This document shows positions 40,154-54,915 of a DNA stretch of 64,000 nt, piece by piece. Under the pieces are notes generated by a model. It had not been told where the DNA came from, did not search any database, and saw only the letters and a program-made list of their open reading frames with translations. A program made the position numbers and the translations under genes. Every line of letters starts with the position of its first letter. The stretch's first letter is position 1. Where the stretch lies: NCBI RefSeq assembly GCF_053078305.1, contig NZ_CP166879.1. One strand, 5' to 3'.

Positions 40154-40897
40154 ATGACACAGACAGAATCAGCGATTCTGGCGCACGCCCGGCGATGTGC
40201 GCCAGCGGAGTCGTGCGGCTTCGTGGTAAGCACGCCGGAGGGGGAAAGATATTTCCCCTGCGTGAATATCTCCGGTGAGCCGGAGGCGTATTTCCGTATG
40301 TCGCCGGAGGACTGGCTGCAGGCAGAAATGCAGGGTGAGATTGTGGCACTGGTCCACAGCCACCCCGGTGGTCTGCCCTGGCTGAGTGAGGCCGACCGGC
40401 GGCTGCAGGTGCAGAGTGATTTGCCGTGGTGGCTGGTCTGCCGGGGGACGATTCATAAGTTCCGCTGTGTGCCGCATCTCACCGGGCGGCGCTTTGAGCA
40501 CGGGGTGACGGACTGTTACACGCTGTTCCGGGATGCTTATCATCTGGCGGGGATTGAGATGCCGGATTTTCATCGCGGGGATGACTGGTGGCGTCACGGT
40601 CAGAATCTCTATCTGGATAATCTGGAGGCCACAGGGCTGTATCAGGTGCCGTTGTCATCAGCACAACCGGGCGATGTGCTGCTGTGCTGTTTTGGTTCAT
40701 CGGTGCCGAATCATGCCGCCATTTACTGTGGTGATGGCGAGCTGCTGCACCATATTCCTGAACAACTGAGCAAACGAGAGAGGTATACCGACAAATGGCA
40801 GCGACGCACACACTCCCTCTGGCGTCACCGGGCATGGCGCGCATCTGCCTTTACGGGGATTTGCAACGATTTGGCCGCCGCATCGACCTTCGTGTGA
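40154..40897 (+). CDS. K: Tail assembly protein K (JAB/MPN + NlpC/P60 domains)
   Basis: MTQTESAILAHARRCAPAESCGFVVSTPEGERYFP... with HSHPGG JAMM motif; overlaps the start of I. Confidence 0.85.
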   Translation: MTQTESAILAHARRCAPAESCGFVVSTPEGERYFPCVNISGEPEAYFRMSPEDWLQAEMQGEIVALVHSHPGGLPWLSEADRRLQVQSDLPWWLVCRGTIHKFRCVPHLTGRRFEHGVTDCYTLFRDAYHLAGIEMPDFHRGDDWWRHGQNLYLDNLEATGLYQVPLSSAQPGDVLLCCFGSSVPNHAAIYCGDGELLHHIPEQLSKRERYTDKWQRRTHSLWRHRAWRASAFTGICNDLAAASTFV

Positions 40898-41466
40898 AAA
40901 CGGGGGCTGAAGCCATCCGCGCACTGGCCACACAGCTCCCGGTGTTTCGTCAGAAACTGAGCGACGGCTGGTATCAGGTACGGATTGCCGGGCGGGACGT
41001 CAGCACGTCCGGGTTAACGGCGCAGTTACATGAGACTCTGCCTGATGGCGCTGTGATTCATATTGTTCCCAGAGTCGCCGGGGCCAAGTCAGGTGGCGTA
41101 TTCCAGATTGTCCTGGGGGCTGCCGCCATTGCCGGATCATTCTTTACCGCCGGAGCCACCCTTGCAGCATGGGGGGCAGCCATTGGGGCCGGTGGTATGA
41201 CCGGCATCCTGTTTTCTCTCGGTGCCAGTATGGTGCTCGGTGGTGTGGCGCAGATGCTGGCACCGAAAGCCAGAACTCCCCGTACACAGACAACGGATAA
41301 CGGCAAACAGAACACCTATTTCTCCTCACTGGATAACATGGTTGCCCAGGGCAATGTTCTGCCGGTTCTGTACGGTGAAATGCGCGTGGGGTCACGCGTG
41401 GTTTCTCAGGAGATCAGCACGGCAGACGAAGGGGACGGTGGTCAGGTTGTGGTGATTGGTCGCTGA
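40795..41466 (+). CDS. I: Tail assembly protein I
   Basis: 223-aa protein MAATHTLPLASPGMARICLYGDLQRFGRRIDLRVKTGAEA... matches lambda gpI as recalled. Confidence 0.9.
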   Translation: MAATHTLPLASPGMARICLYGDLQRFGRRIDLRVKTGAEAIRALATQLPVFRQKLSDGWYQVRIAGRDVSTSGLTAQLHETLPDGAVIHIVPRVAGAKSGGVFQIVLGAAAIAGSFFTAGATLAAWGAAIGAGGMTGILFSLGASMVLGGVAQMLAPKARTPRTQTTDNGKQNTYFSSLDNMVAQGNVLPVLYGEMRVGSRVVSQEISTADEGDGGQVVVIGR

Positions 41467-41523
41467 TGCAAAATGTTTTATGTGAAACCGCCTCCGGGCG
41501 GTTTTATCGTTTATGGAGCATGA

Positions 41524-44925
<3,402 letters not shown>

Positions 44926-44991
44926 ATTTTATAACCCATAACGGGCGTCAGAAATGACGCCTTTTTTATTGCAGAAAAGCGAGAGGTAATT

Positions 44992-45591
44992 ATGCGTAAA
45001 CTTTATGCCGCCATTTTGTCCGCAGCCATTTGTCTGGCCGTATCCGGTGCGCCTGCATGGGCGTCTGAACATCAGTCCACGCTGAGCGCGGGGTATCTTC
45101 ATGCCTCGACGAACGTTCCCGGCAGCGATGATCTGAACGGGATTAACGTGAAATACCGTTATGAGTTTACGGACACACTGGGGATGGTGACGTCATTCAG
45201 CTATGCAGGAGACAAGAATCGCCAGCTGACCCATTACAGCGATACCCGCTGGCATGAAGATTCCGTGCGTAACCGCTGGTTCAGCGTGATGGCGGGGCCG
45301 TCTGTGCGCGTGAATGAATGGTTCAGCGCGTATGCGATGGCGGGTGTGGCTTACAGCCGTGTGTCGACTTTCTCCGGGGATTATCTTCGCGTAACTGACA
45401 ACAAGGGGAAAACGCACGATGTACTGACCGGAAGTGATGACGGTCGCCACAGCAACACGTCTCTGGCGTGGGGAGCTGGCGTGCAGTTTAACCCGACCGA
45501 ATCCGTGGCCATTGATATTGCTTATGAAGGCTCCGGCAGTGGCGACTGGCGCACTGACGGTTTCATCGTGGGTGTCGGTTATAAGTTCTGA
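44992..45591 (+). CDS. lom: Outer-membrane protein Lom (Ail/Lom family)
   Basis: Signal peptide plus beta-barrel Ail/Lom-like sequence; position after J as in lambda. Confidence 0.9.
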   Translation: MRKLYAAILSAAICLAVSGAPAWASEHQSTLSAGYLHASTNVPGSDDLNGINVKYRYEFTDTLGMVTSFSYAGDKNRQLTHYSDTRWHEDSVRNRWFSVMAGPSVRVNEWFSAYAMAGVAYSRVSTFSGDYLRVTDNKGKTHDVLTGSDDGRHSNTSLAWGAGVQFNPTESVAIDIAYEGSGSGDWRTDGFIVGVGYKF

Positions 45592-45649
45592 TTAGCCAGG
45601 TAACACAGTGTTATGACAGCCCGCCGGTTCAGGCGGGCTTTTTTGTGGG

Positions 45650-48600
45650 GTGAATATGGCAGTAAAGATTTCAGGTGTACTGAAAGACGGCACAGGAAAA
45701 CCGGTACAGAACTGCACAATCCAGCTGAAAGCAAAACGTAACAGCACCACGGTGGTGGTGAACACGCTGGCCTCAGAAAATCCGGATGAAGCCGGGCGTT
45801 ACAGCATGGACGTTGAGTACGGTCAGTACAGCGTTATTCTGTTGGTGGAAGGATTCCCGCCGTCACATGCCGGGACCATCACCGTGTATGAAGATTCTCA
45901 ACCCGGTACGCTGAATGATTTTCTCGGTGCCATGACGGAGGATGATGCCCGTCCGGAGGCACTGCGCCGTTTTGAACTGATGGTGGAAGAGGTGGCGCGT
46001 AACGCGTCCGTAGTGGCACAGAACACGGCAGCCGCGAAGAAGTCAGCCGGCGATGCCAGCACATCTGCCCGTGAGGCGGCAACCCATGCGACTGATGCTG
46101 CAGATTCAGCACGTGCAGCCAGCACGTCAGCCGGACAGGCCGCTTCGTCGGCTCAGTCAGCGTCTTCCAGCGCAGGAACGGCATCAACAAAGGCCACTGA
46201 AGCCTCAAAAAGTGCTGCCGCTGCAGAGTCCTCAAAAAGCGTGGCAGCTACCAGTGCCGGTGCGGCGAAAACGTCAGAAACGAATGCCGCAGCGTCAGAA
46301 CAATCAGCCGCCACTTCTGCATCCACCGCGACCACGAAAGCGTCAGAAGCTGCCACCTCAGCCCGGGATGCGGCGGCCTCAAAAGAGGCAGCGAAATCAT
46401 CAGAAACGAACGCATCCTTGAGCGCCAGTAGCGCAGCTTCCTCGGCAACGGCGGCAGGAAATTCCGCGAAGGCGGCAAAAACGTCCGAGACGAACGCCAG
46501 GTCTTCTGAGACGGCAGCGGGACAGAGCGCCTCAGCTGCGGCAGGCTCAAAAACAGCGGCTGCGTCGTCTGCCAGTGCCGCGTCAACAAGTGCCGGGCAG
46601 GCCTCAGCCAGTGCCACCGCCGCCGGAAAATCGGCAGAAAGCGCCGCATCATCCGCTTCAACAGCCACAACGAAGGCTGGCGAAGCCACTGAGCAGGCCA
46701 CGGCAGCAGCGAGGTCAGCTTCCGCAGCGAAGACATCCGAAACGAACGCGAAAGCGTCGGAAACCCGTGCAGAATCCTCAAAAACGGCAGCGGCATCGTC
46801 CGCCAGTTCGGCGGCGTCATCGGCATCATCGGCGTCTGCTTCAAAAGATGAGGCGACCAGACAGGCGTCAGCAGCGAAGGGCAGCGCCACGACGGCATCC
46901 ACGAAGGCGACAGAGGCTGCTGGTAGTGCGAAGGCAGCAGCTCAGAGCAAAAGTACGGCGGAATCTGCAGCAACGCGCGCTGAGACAGCGGCAAAACGGG
47001 CAGAGGATATTGCATCCGCCGTGGCACTTGAGGATGCGAGCACGACGAAAAAGGGGATAGTACAGCTCAGTAGTGCGACTAACAGCACTTCCGAGTCACT
47101 GGCGGCAACACCAAAAGCCGTTAAGGCCGCGTATGACCTGGCTAACGGGAAATACACCGCACAGGATGCAACGACAGCACAGAAAGGGATAATCCAGCTA
47201 AGCAGCGCGACCAACAGCACGTCTGAAACGCTGGCGGCAACGCCAAAGGCAGTAAAAGCAGCCAATGACAATGCTGAGAAACGTCTGCAGAAAGATCAGA
47301 ACGGTGCGGATATCCCTGGCAAAGACACCTTTACGAAAAATATTGGTGCCTGCCGTGCCTTCGGTGGGTCAGTAAGCACAACAACAGGAAACTGGACGAC
47401 TGCACAGTTTATCGAGTGGCTGGATTCTCAGGGAGCATTTAACCATCCATACTGGATGTGCAAGGGTTCCTGGTCTTATGGCAATAATAAAATCATTACT
47501 GATACTGGCTGCGGTAATATTCATCTCGCCGGAGCTGTCATTGAAGTAATGGGGATAAAGTCAGCGATGACGATCCGCATTACCACTCCGACCACATCCA
47601 GCGGTGGCGGAACAACCAACGCCCAGTTTACCTATATTAATCACGGAACAGATTATTCACCTGGCTGGCGAAGGGACTATAACTCCAGAAATAAGCCAAC
47701 GGCATCAGAGATCGGGGCGCTACCGTCAGGTGGAACAGCAGTATCATCAGTTAATCTGGCTTCAAAAGGTCGGGTAGCCGCGCTGACAGACAATACGCAG
47801 GGGGCAGCAGGTCTTGAGTTATACGAGGTGTATAACAACGGATATCCAACAACGTATGGAAATATCATTCACCTGAAAGGGATGACAGCCGTTGGCGAAG
47901 GTGAGTTACTCATCGGCTGGAGTGGTACAAGCGGTGCTCATGCTCCGGCATTTATTCGTTCACGACGGGATACGACCGACGCAAACTGGTCGCCGTGGGC
48001 GCAGCTTTACACCTCGGCTCATCCTCCTGCAGAGTTTTATCCAGTCGGTGCACCAATCCCGTGGCCATCAGATACCGTTCCGTCTGGTTATGCCCTGATG
48101 CAGGGGCAGACTTTTGACAAATCTGCATACCCGAAACTTGCAGCCGCTTATCCGTCAGGCGTGATCCCTGATATGCGTGGCTGGACGATTAAGGGCAAAC
48201 CTGCCAGTGGTCGGGCCGTATTGTCTCAGGAACAGGACGGCATTAAATCGCACACCCACAGCGCCAGCGCATCCAGTACGGATTTGGGGACGAAAACCAC
48301 ATCGTCGTTTGATTACGGCACTAAATCCACGAATAACATCGGGGCGCATACGCACAGTGTGAGCGGTACAGCCGCAAGTGCCGGAAACCATACTCATAGT
48401 GTCACAGGCGCATCAGCAGTCAGCCAGTGGTCACAAAATGGGTCAGTACATAAGGTAGTGTCTGCGGCCAGTGTGAATACAAGTGCTGCAGGAGCGCACA
48501 CTCATAGTGTCAGCGGCACAGCTGCATCTGCAGGTGCTCACGCACATACTGTCGGTATTGGTGCTCATACGCACTCGGTTGCGATTGGCTCACATGGACA

Positions 48601-48682
48601 CACCATCACCGTTAACGCTGCTGGTAACGCGGAAAACACCGTCAAAAACATCGCATTTAACTATATTGTGAGGCTTGCATAA
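45650..48682 (+). CDS. stf: Side tail fiber protein Stf (long form) with Ala/Ser/Thr-rich repeat region
   Basis: N-terminus (MN)[35 protein letters not shown]... and C-terminal His-rich HTHS/GAHAH repeats match lambda-type Stf as recalled; probable start at 45656. Confidence 0.85.
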   Translation: MNMAVKISGVLKDGTGKPVQNCTIQLKAKRNSTTVVVNTLASENPDEAGRYSMDVEYGQYSVILLVEGFPPSHAGTITVYEDSQPGTLNDFLGAMTEDDARPEALRRFELMVEEVARNASVVAQNTAAAKKSAGDASTSAREAATHATDAADSARAASTSAGQAASSAQSASSSAGTASTKATEASKSAAAAESSKSVAATSAGAAKTSETNAAASEQSAATSASTATTKASEAATSARDAAASKEAAKSSETNASLSASSAASSATAAGNSAKAAKTSETNARSSETAAGQSASAAAGSKTAAASSASAASTSAGQASASATAAGKSAESAASSASTATTKAGEATEQATAAARSASAAKTSETNAKASETRAESSKTAAASSASSAASSASSASASKDEATRQASAAKGSATTASTKATEAAGSAKAAAQSKSTAESAATRAETAAKRAEDIASAVALEDASTTKKGIVQLSSATNSTSESLAATPKAVKAAYDLANGKYTAQDATTAQKGIIQLSSATNSTSETLAATPKAVKAANDNAEKRLQKDQNGADIPGKDTFTKNIGACRAFGGSVSTTTGNWTTAQFIEWLDSQGAFNHPYWMCKGSWSYGNNKIITDTGCGNIHLAGAVIEVMGIKSAMTIRITTPTTSSGGGTTNAQFTYINHGTDYSPGWRRDYNSRNKPTASEIGALPSGGTAVSSVNLASKGRVAALTDNTQGAAGLELYEVYNNGYPTTYGNIIHLKGMTAVGEGELLIGWSGTSGAHAPAFIRSRRDTTDANWSPWAQLYTSAHPPAEFYPVGAPIPWPSDTVPSGYALMQGQTFDKSAYPKLAAAYPSGVIPDMRGWTIKGKPASGRAVLSQEQDGIKSHTHSASASSTDLGTKTTSSFDYGTKSTNNIGAHTHSVSGTAASAGNHTHSVTGASAVSQWSQNGSVHKVVSAASVNTSAAGAHTHSVSGTAASAGAHAHTVGIGAHTHSVAIGSHGHTITVNAAGNAENTVKNIAFNYIVRLA

Positions 48683-49266
48683 TGGCATTCAGAATGAGTG
48701 AACAACCACGGACCATAAAAATTTATAATCTGCTGTCCGGAACTAATGAATTTATTGGTGAAGGTGATGCATATATTCCGCCTCATACAGGTCTGCCAGC
48801 AAACAGTACCGATATTGCACCGCCAGATATTCCGGCTGGTTTCGTGGCTGTTTTCAACAGTGATGAGTCATCGTGGCATCTCGTTGAAGATCATCGGGGT
48901 AAAACGGTTTATGACGTGGCTTCCGGCGACGCGTTATTTATTTCTGAACTCGGCTCATTACCGGAAAATGTCACCTGGTTATCCCCGGAAGGGGAGTTTC
49001 AGAAGTGGAACGGCACAGCCTGGGTGAAGGATACGGAAGCAGAAAAACTGTTCCGGATCCGGGAGGCGGAAGAAACAAAAAACAGCCTGATGCAGGTAGC
49101 CAGTGAGCATATAGCGCCGCTTCAGGATGCTGTGGATCTGGAGATCGCAACGGAGAAAGAAACCTTGTTGCTGGAAGCCTGGAAAAAGTATCGGGTGTTG
49201 CTGAACCGTGTTGATACATCAACTGCACCTGATATTGAGTGGCCTACGAACCCTGTCAGGGAGTAA
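48682..49266 (+). CDS. tfa: Tail fiber assembly protein Tfa
   Basis: 194-aa protein [41 protein letters not shown]... matches lambda Tfa as recalled. Confidence 0.9.
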   Translation: MAFRMSEQPRTIKIYNLLSGTNEFIGEGDAYIPPHTGLPANSTDIAPPDIPAGFVAVFNSDESSWHLVEDHRGKTVYDVASGDALFISELGSLPENVTWLSPEGEFQKWNGTAWVKDTEAEKLFRIREAEETKNSLMQVASEHIAPLQDAVDLEIATEKETLLLEAWKKYRVLLNRVDTSTAPDIEWPTNPVRE

Positions 49267-49320
49267 TCATTGGGATTATGCCGCAGCACGTCTTAAGCAA
49301 GAACGTGCTGCGGTTGGATG

Positions 49321-49989
49321 CTATTTTTTCCCTGAAGCGGAAAACATTACTACAGTACCTTGAACCTTGGTTTTAACATTCTCGAAATGCTCTGAGAGTA
49401 TATGTGTTAAGCCTTCTTCGGAATCTTTTGTGTTTGAAAAGATGCCTTTCTGATTGTAAATGCGCATCAGTTTTTGACCGAAGCTATTGTGCACAACTCC
49501 ATCGCCAAGAATTGTGGCTCCGTATAGAGTTCCATCGTCAGTTAAGGCCTGCGCCGCATTGCGTATTACACAGCTTTTTGTAGATATATTTCCAGGCAGG
49601 CAGTGAAGAAGGTAAAACATGGAAATGGAATCAAATTGACCATGTAACGCCGCGGGATAAGGTTCAAAAACATCATGGTTAATTTTATGTTTAATTTTTG
49701 ATTCCCCAGCCCTTGTAGATGCCGCGTTCAGGCTAGCTTCGTTCAAATCCATTAAAGATATCAGACTACTCTCAGGTACGTGAGTAAGGTAAAACCCAGT
49801 TCCAACACCAATATCCAGATGGTTGTTACCTAAATGTTCCAGAAAGTGTGGAAGAAGGTGTTCCTTTGTAGGACATCCCCATGCAAGCCGATTTGATACT
49901 CCCAAAACCCACCAGTCATAAAGCTTTAGGGTAAGTGGTGTGTAAATTTTAGCCCCATCATCTGTGTTTTTTTTCATTAATTTCACCAT
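49321..49989 (-). CDS. Class I SAM-dependent methyltransferase (ybcY-like moron)
   Basis: SAM-binding motif I HLDIGVGTGFYL; AT-rich; lies between tfa and a tfa fragment as ybcY does in DLP12. Confidence 0.7.
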   Translation of the reverse strand: MVKLMKKNTDDGAKIYTPLTLKLYDWWVLGVSNRLAWGCPTKEHLLPHFLEHLGNNHLDIGVGTGFYLTHVPESSLISLMDLNEASLNAASTRAGESKIKHKINHDVFEPYPAALHGQFDSISMFYLLHCLPGNISTKSCVIRNAAQALTDDGTLYGATILGDGVVHNSFGQKLMRIYNQKGIFSNTKDSEEGLTHILSEHFENVKTKVQGTVVMFSASGKK

Positions 49990-50045
49990 GTTATAGTTTT
50001 ATTTGTGAATTAAATCAATTATGGCGATGAATTACAAGGGGTTAA

Positions 50046-50351
50046 ATGCTGCCGCAGCATAGCGATATTGAAATAGCATGGTATGCTTCGATACAGCAGG
50101 AGCCGAATGGCTGGAAGACCGTCACCACACAGTTCTACATCCAGGAATTCAGTGAGTATATTGCGCCACTGCAGGATGCTGTAGATCTGGAAATCGCAAC
50201 GGAGGAAGAAAGATCGTTGCTGGAGGCATGGAATAAATATCGGGTATTGTTGAATCGAGTTGATACATCAGTAGCTCTGGGTATGAAGCTGTTTGTAACT
50301 CATGTTACAGTAACAGCCATTACTATCTCGAAGGTGCAAAATGTATATTGA
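50046..50351 (+). pseudogene. Tail fiber assembly gene fragment (tfaX-like, C-terminal homology only)
   Basis: [37 protein letters not shown] repeats the tfa C-terminus (compare 49105-49240); no tfa N-terminal domain. Confidence 0.6.
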
Positions 50352-50534
50352 TTTGATATTTTATAAATTTACTTCGAATCTGGCACGTCAACTTTTGATT
50401 AAAGTAATATCAGTTTTCGGCGAAAAAAGGACCGTGTACATGAGACGATTTCATACAAGAATAACAAAAATATGAATATGCTCCCAATGCAATATATGTT
50501 TTGCATTGGGAACAAATAGCGGAATATTTTGAAA

Positions 50535-52019
50535 TTATTGTATTTCTGCTTCAGAATTTCCTGGGCAGTATATATTTTCTGGTTTTTGTGGAGTGATCAG
50601 GTGATGTACAACTGCTTTATCTACACATAAATTAACTCCGGTGAGAGCTAATGTATGCCCATCACCATTTATTGTTAGTAACGGGCTGGAAAATTTCTCT
50701 GCCATCTTACGGGCATTAATCCAGGGCGTTGTTGGGTCGTATTTGTGTGCTACAAACAGTAAACCAGAGGGCAGAACAGTATTTTTCAGGCGAGTTTTGT
50801 TCAGGTCGCTATGTATTGGCCATAATTCACAAAAATCAGGTGAATCGGAACGTCCATTGTCAAAGTTAATAGCCGGGAAGGCATTCGCAAGAGCGTCTTT
50901 TCGGGATTTTCGCTCTTCTGGTGTTAATTGCTCATCCCCCTGATCTACACAGAGGATTACCCCCGAAGCATCGCTTGACTCTTCTGAGGCTATCGGAGCA
51001 CTGAGCGCAGTTTCAATTTCATTACTGACAATCCCCTGAGAGAACTGGCGTATGGCAGTTGCAAGGGTTGGCCATGATGAACGCCATAGCAGAAGGTCTG
51101 TTGTTAATGATATGAGTTCATCTGAAGATATATTTTCTCCCTTACTGTCTAATAAAGGTTTGTGATGTAATTTTGATAATAGCTCATGGAACTGAGTTAT
51201 TGCCTTATCTCTGTCTGAAGAAAGCGGGCAACTTTTTGTACGCGCACACCAGGATGCAAAGCGATCAAACGTTTCCTGATAACTCTGTGCCTGTTTGAGT
51301 TGCCATGTGAAGTTGTCCTCCAGGTCATCGATATCGACGACTCCATCAAGAACGATAGATCTTACGTTGTAGGGAAAACGTTCTGCATATAAGGCTGCAA
51401 TTTGAGTTCCATACGAATACGCCACGGCTGTCAGTTGTTTATCCCCCAAGGCTTGCCTAATACGATCAATATCGTATACAGCCTCGTTAGAGCCGATATG
51501 GCGAATGACTTCGGCTCCGGTATTATGGATACAGGCATTAATTTTATTTAATACTTGTTGCTTTTCGGTTATGTTTTCCTGAGTCTCTGTATCTGATTGC
51601 CGGCAGTTTATTGTCGGAGTGGACTGTCCGACGCCTCGAGGATCAAATCCAATAATATCCCATGACTCACGAAGATTTGTGACTGGCCAGTCAAAGTTAA
51701 TATAAGGATTTATGCCTGGTAACCCGGGACCACCACTTATTATCAGGATACTTCCTTTATGCTTGCTTTTTGCCGGCAATTTTGTCAACGCTAGTTTGAC
51801 TTGTGATTTTTTTTCATAAGAAGCATCTCCGCCTGTGTCTGTATATTTTAATGGAACAGACAAATAACCACATAGTAAGTCAGGAGACGGTTTTTCCTCA
51901 CCAAACCAGTGGTTGAATTGACTGGCCATACAGGATTGCCACTGTATCTGCTGGGCAGATACGGTTACTGGTAGAAGTAACGTTAAAACAACTTTGAAAT
52001 GAGTAATTATTTTTCGCAT
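50535..52019 (-). CDS. Secreted alpha/beta-hydrolase-fold protein (S33-peptidase-like, tentative)
   Basis: Signal peptide MRKIITHFKVVLTLLLPVTVSA; nucleophile-elbow-like AYSYGTQ; 494 aa; AT-rich cargo. Confidence 0.55.
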   Translation of the reverse strand: MRKIITHFKVVLTLLLPVTVSAQQIQWQSCMASQFNHWFGEEKPSPDLLCGYLSVPLKYTDTGGDASYEKKSQVKLALTKLPAKSKHKGSILIISGGPGLPGINPYINFDWPVTNLRESWDIIGFDPRGVGQSTPTINCRQSDTETQENITEKQQVLNKINACIHNTGAEVIRHIGSNEAVYDIDRIRQALGDKQLTAVAYSYGTQIAALYAERFPYNVRSIVLDGVVDIDDLEDNFTWQLKQAQSYQETFDRFASWCARTKSCPLSSDRDKAITQFHELLSKLHHKPLLDSKGENISSDELISLTTDLLLWRSSWPTLATAIRQFSQGIVSNEIETALSAPIASEESSDASGVILCVDQGDEQLTPEERKSRKDALANAFPAINFDNGRSDSPDFCELWPIHSDLNKTRLKNTVLPSGLLFVAHKYDPTTPWINARKMAEKFSSPLLTINGDGHTLALTGVNLCVDKAVVHHLITPQKPENIYCPGNSEAEIQ

Positions 52020-52205
52020 TGTGTCTCTGAATATCGGAATAAAGATAAGATTTGAATATATTGAGGTCTTGTGTTGCGGTAAGAGATTACACGTTATGAC
52101 ATAGGTTAAATGCTTACAAAATTAGTGGATATTGCCTACTTGTAACTGTAAACAAATTCCCCGGGGTTATACAATACCACCGGGGAGAAAATCTGGTTAA
52201 CTTCG

Positions 52206-53159
52206 TTAAAAGGTGTACTTAAGACCAGCAGTAGTGATGAAGTTATAGTTTTCTATGCCTGCACCATTTTTGCTGTAGTCTGAAGTGTTATCATTGTGAT
52301 CATAAAGTGAAGTATTACCTTTTTTATTCGTAACCCGATTCCATGCGCCTTCAACATAAACCTTTGCGTTAGGTGTTACGTAATAACCTGCATTGACTGC
52401 AACAGAATAGTAATTTTGGTCTTTGACTTTACTGCGATAAGTGATTCTTTTTCCTGGGTCATAGTGCTCATCGTTATCAGATGCTTCCACCCAGCCGCTG
52501 TATTTAAATGTGCCACCTAGCTCAAAATCTTCATAACGATAACTTCCAGTCAAGCCAATGTAGGGCATTTTAAAACGTTGTTTGTAGCCGATTGCTCTTT
52601 CTCCATTCGGGAAGGAGCCGATATCATCTCTGAATCCCTCCTCAGAACTGTAGATATAGGAACCACCTCTGGCTGTAAAGCTATAACGGCTTTCCTGATA
52701 TCCGGCCATGAGTCCCAGGCGGTAATTGGGTTCGTTGAGGAGCCAGCCTTTGATATTCAGATCAAATTCGTTGGCATAATTGAGTTGTGTATCAGGGTGC
52801 CTACTTTCATCTGTCCAGGTTCCGGGGTTACTGGAATCCATCCAGTCCTGATCGACCATATTGCCACCTCGGCTGCCGAGAGTAGTCCAGCCCGCAGCCC
52901 CAATAGATATCTGGGGCATCAAATCCCAATTAATTGCACCTTTAATAATTGCAGCGTTATTGAATTTCCAGTCGAGTTGACTGACTTTTCGGCCTCCTTC
53001 TTCAGCTAGATAAACGCGCTCTTTTGTTTTTCCGCTCAGAGTTCCAAGACTAATGTCCGCATTTATGTTGTCAGGAGTAAACGATATAGTCTCGGTAGAA
53101 GCAAAAGAGCTGATCGCAATAGGGGTTGTCAGAACTATTCCCAGAAGTTTCGCCCGCAT
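52206..53159 (-). CDS. ompT: Omptin-family outer-membrane protease (OmpT-like)
   Basis: 317-aa protein MRAKLLGIVLTTPIAISSFASTETISFTPDNINADISLG... near-identical to E. coli OmpT as recalled. Confidence 0.9.
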   Translation of the reverse strand: MRAKLLGIVLTTPIAISSFASTETISFTPDNINADISLGTLSGKTKERVYLAEEGGRKVSQLDWKFNNAAIIKGAINWDLMPQISIGAAGWTTLGSRGGNMVDQDWMDSSNPGTWTDESRHPDTQLNYANEFDLNIKGWLLNEPNYRLGLMAGYQESRYSFTARGGSYIYSSEEGFRDDIGSFPNGERAIGYKQRFKMPYIGLTGSYRYEDFELGGTFKYSGWVEASDNDEHYDPGKRITYRSKVKDQNYYSVAVNAGYYVTPNAKVYVEGAWNRVTNKKGNTSLYDHNDNTSDYSKNGAGIENYNFITTAGLKYTF

Positions 53160-53531
53160 AAAAGTTCTCCATTCAATCGTTTTAATGATTGAATATGTAT
53201 TTTTTATATCTAACTTAATGAGTCAATCACATATTGCTCCACTGTTTATATTTTGTTTAGTATTGAATGATTATCACAATGCGCTATCTGTTTTTGGTTT
53301 AATTATCTGTTATTGTTTTATGTTGCGGTTTTACTGTGTGGTTTTTTATGCTTTTGTGGTGTTTTTATCTATTTAAGCGCCATGCCTTTAAAGGCATATA
53401 AGCGAAAATAGCATGAGGTTTATCCTCAATTGCTATGTTTTTTAGTACAAAAAAGAGGGACAAAACTGAGACACACATAGCTTTGTACTGGATTGCAAGG
53501 CTTTGTGCTCTTCGATAGTGGTTAAGGCGGA

Positions 53532-54725
53532 TTACTCCACCTTCCCATCAAGCCAGTCCGCCCACCATTGCATCATTTCTCTGCGCTTATCGAGATACTG
53601 AGCATGGTTGTAAATTCCACGTACAGATCCGCCGTTGGCATGTGCCAGTTGCACTTCAATGGCGTCGGCAGGCCATTCGTGCTCGTTCATAATCGTGCTG
53701 AATTCATGCCTGAATCCGTGACCGCTTTCCAGACCTTCATAGCCGATTTGTTTGATCACAAGTAGCACCGCGTTCTCGCAGATTGGCTTCTTCTTATCGT
53801 TGCGCCCGGAAAAAACAAACTCTGATACTGGTTTAGTGATTGAGCTTAGTGTAGTGAGAAGTTCAACCACCTGGTCTGACATCGGGACAACATGAATTTT
53901 GCGTCCCTTCATCACATTGGCGTCGATGGTGATAATCCTGTTTTCAAAATCGACGTTCTTCCATAGCATGGAACGAAGCTCTTTTGTTCTGAGGGCTGTG
54001 TAGCGTAAAACTTTGGTCGCAATGAGCGATACGATGCTTCCTGAAAATGTTGCCAGTGCTTTGTTAAATGCCGGGATCTGGTCTGCAGGAAGAAACGGGA
54101 AGTTTTTCTTGCGGTATCCCTTCATGGCGTCAGCAAGGTCAGGTGCCGGGTTATATTTAGCCCTACCAGTGACAATAGCGTAACGGAAAACCTCGCCGCA
54201 TCTTCTGCGGGCTTTGTTGGCTCGCTCCATTGCACCGCGATCTTCAAATCTGCGGATTACTTCCAGCAGTTGCATCGGCTCAATATCCTGAATTTCAAGG
54301 CCGCCGATGATAGGTAAAATGTCGTCATCAAACATTTTTGCAAGTTCAGTTGCATAGCCTACTGACCAGACTTGCTTCTTGTGCTCGTACCATTCCTTGT
54401 AAATCGCACTAAAGGAATTGTTGTTAGACGAAGCCTTTTTCGCTTTTACCGGATCGATGCCAACCGAGATGTCTTTCCTCGCGGTCCATGCTTTATCTCT
54501 TGCCTCCTGCAAAGTCATAAGCGGATATTTTCCTACGGTCAGGATTTTCTCCTTACCGTCAATCTTGTAGCGAAGCTGCCATACCTTTTTCCCTGACACA
54601 GGGACATAAAGGTACAGGCCATTACCATCGAGTAGGCGGTATGGTTTTTCTTTCGGCTTTGCTGCTTCAATCTGCTTAACGGTGAGCATGGGTAAAAATC
54701 CGGTGGGTAAAATTATTTTATCCAC
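53532..54725 (-). CDS. intS: Tyrosine integrase, IntS (CPS-53)-type, adjacent to argW
   Basis: 397-aa ORF; sequence from LTVKQIEAAKPKEKPYRLLDGNGLYLYVPVSGKK... matches K-12 IntS as recalled. Confidence 0.85.
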   Translation of the reverse strand: MDKIILPTGFLPMLTVKQIEAAKPKEKPYRLLDGNGLYLYVPVSGKKVWQLRYKIDGKEKILTVGKYPLMTLQEARDKAWTARKDISVGIDPVKAKKASSNNNSFSAIYKEWYEHKKQVWSVGYATELAKMFDDDILPIIGGLEIQDIEPMQLLEVIRRFEDRGAMERANKARRRCGEVFRYAIVTGRAKYNPAPDLADAMKGYRKKNFPFLPADQIPAFNKALATFSGSIVSLIATKVLRYTALRTKELRSMLWKNVDFENRIITIDANVMKGRKIHVVPMSDQVVELLTTLSSITKPVSEFVFSGRNDKKKPICENAVLLVIKQIGYEGLESGHGFRHEFSTIMNEHEWPADAIEVQLAHANGGSVRGIYNHAQYLDKRREMMQWWADWLDGKVE

Positions 54726-54840
54726 TTTTTACCCGTCATGGAGTGCGGCTGTCAACGATCTGAAGCGAACCATGACGAACTGTGAATCTACGGAAGGCTT
54801 GATATTCAGGGGATTTTGCGGACTGGTACGGATGGAGGCG

Positions 54841-54915
54841 AACTGATAAATGGTGTCCCCTGCAGGAATCGAACCTGCAATTAGCCCTTAGGAGGGGCTC
54901 GTTATATCCATTTAA
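54841..54915 (-). tRNA. argW: tRNA-Arg (CCU anticodon), argW
   Basis: Minus-strand sequence GTCCTCTTAGTTAAATGGATATAACGAGCCCCTCCTAAGGGCTAATTGCAGGTTCGATTCCTGCAGGGGACACCA; cloverleaf with CCT anticodon and CCA end. Confidence 0.9.

Noticed and set aside
39348-40349. 333-aa minus-strand ORF across M/L/K
   Set aside because: Antisense to three contiguous well-supported tail genes.
45879-47271. Multiple overlapping ORFs on both strands within the stf repeat region
   Set aside because: Caused by repetitive GCN-rich Ala/Ser/Thr codon tracts in stf; translations are low-complexity and overlap the tail fiber frame.
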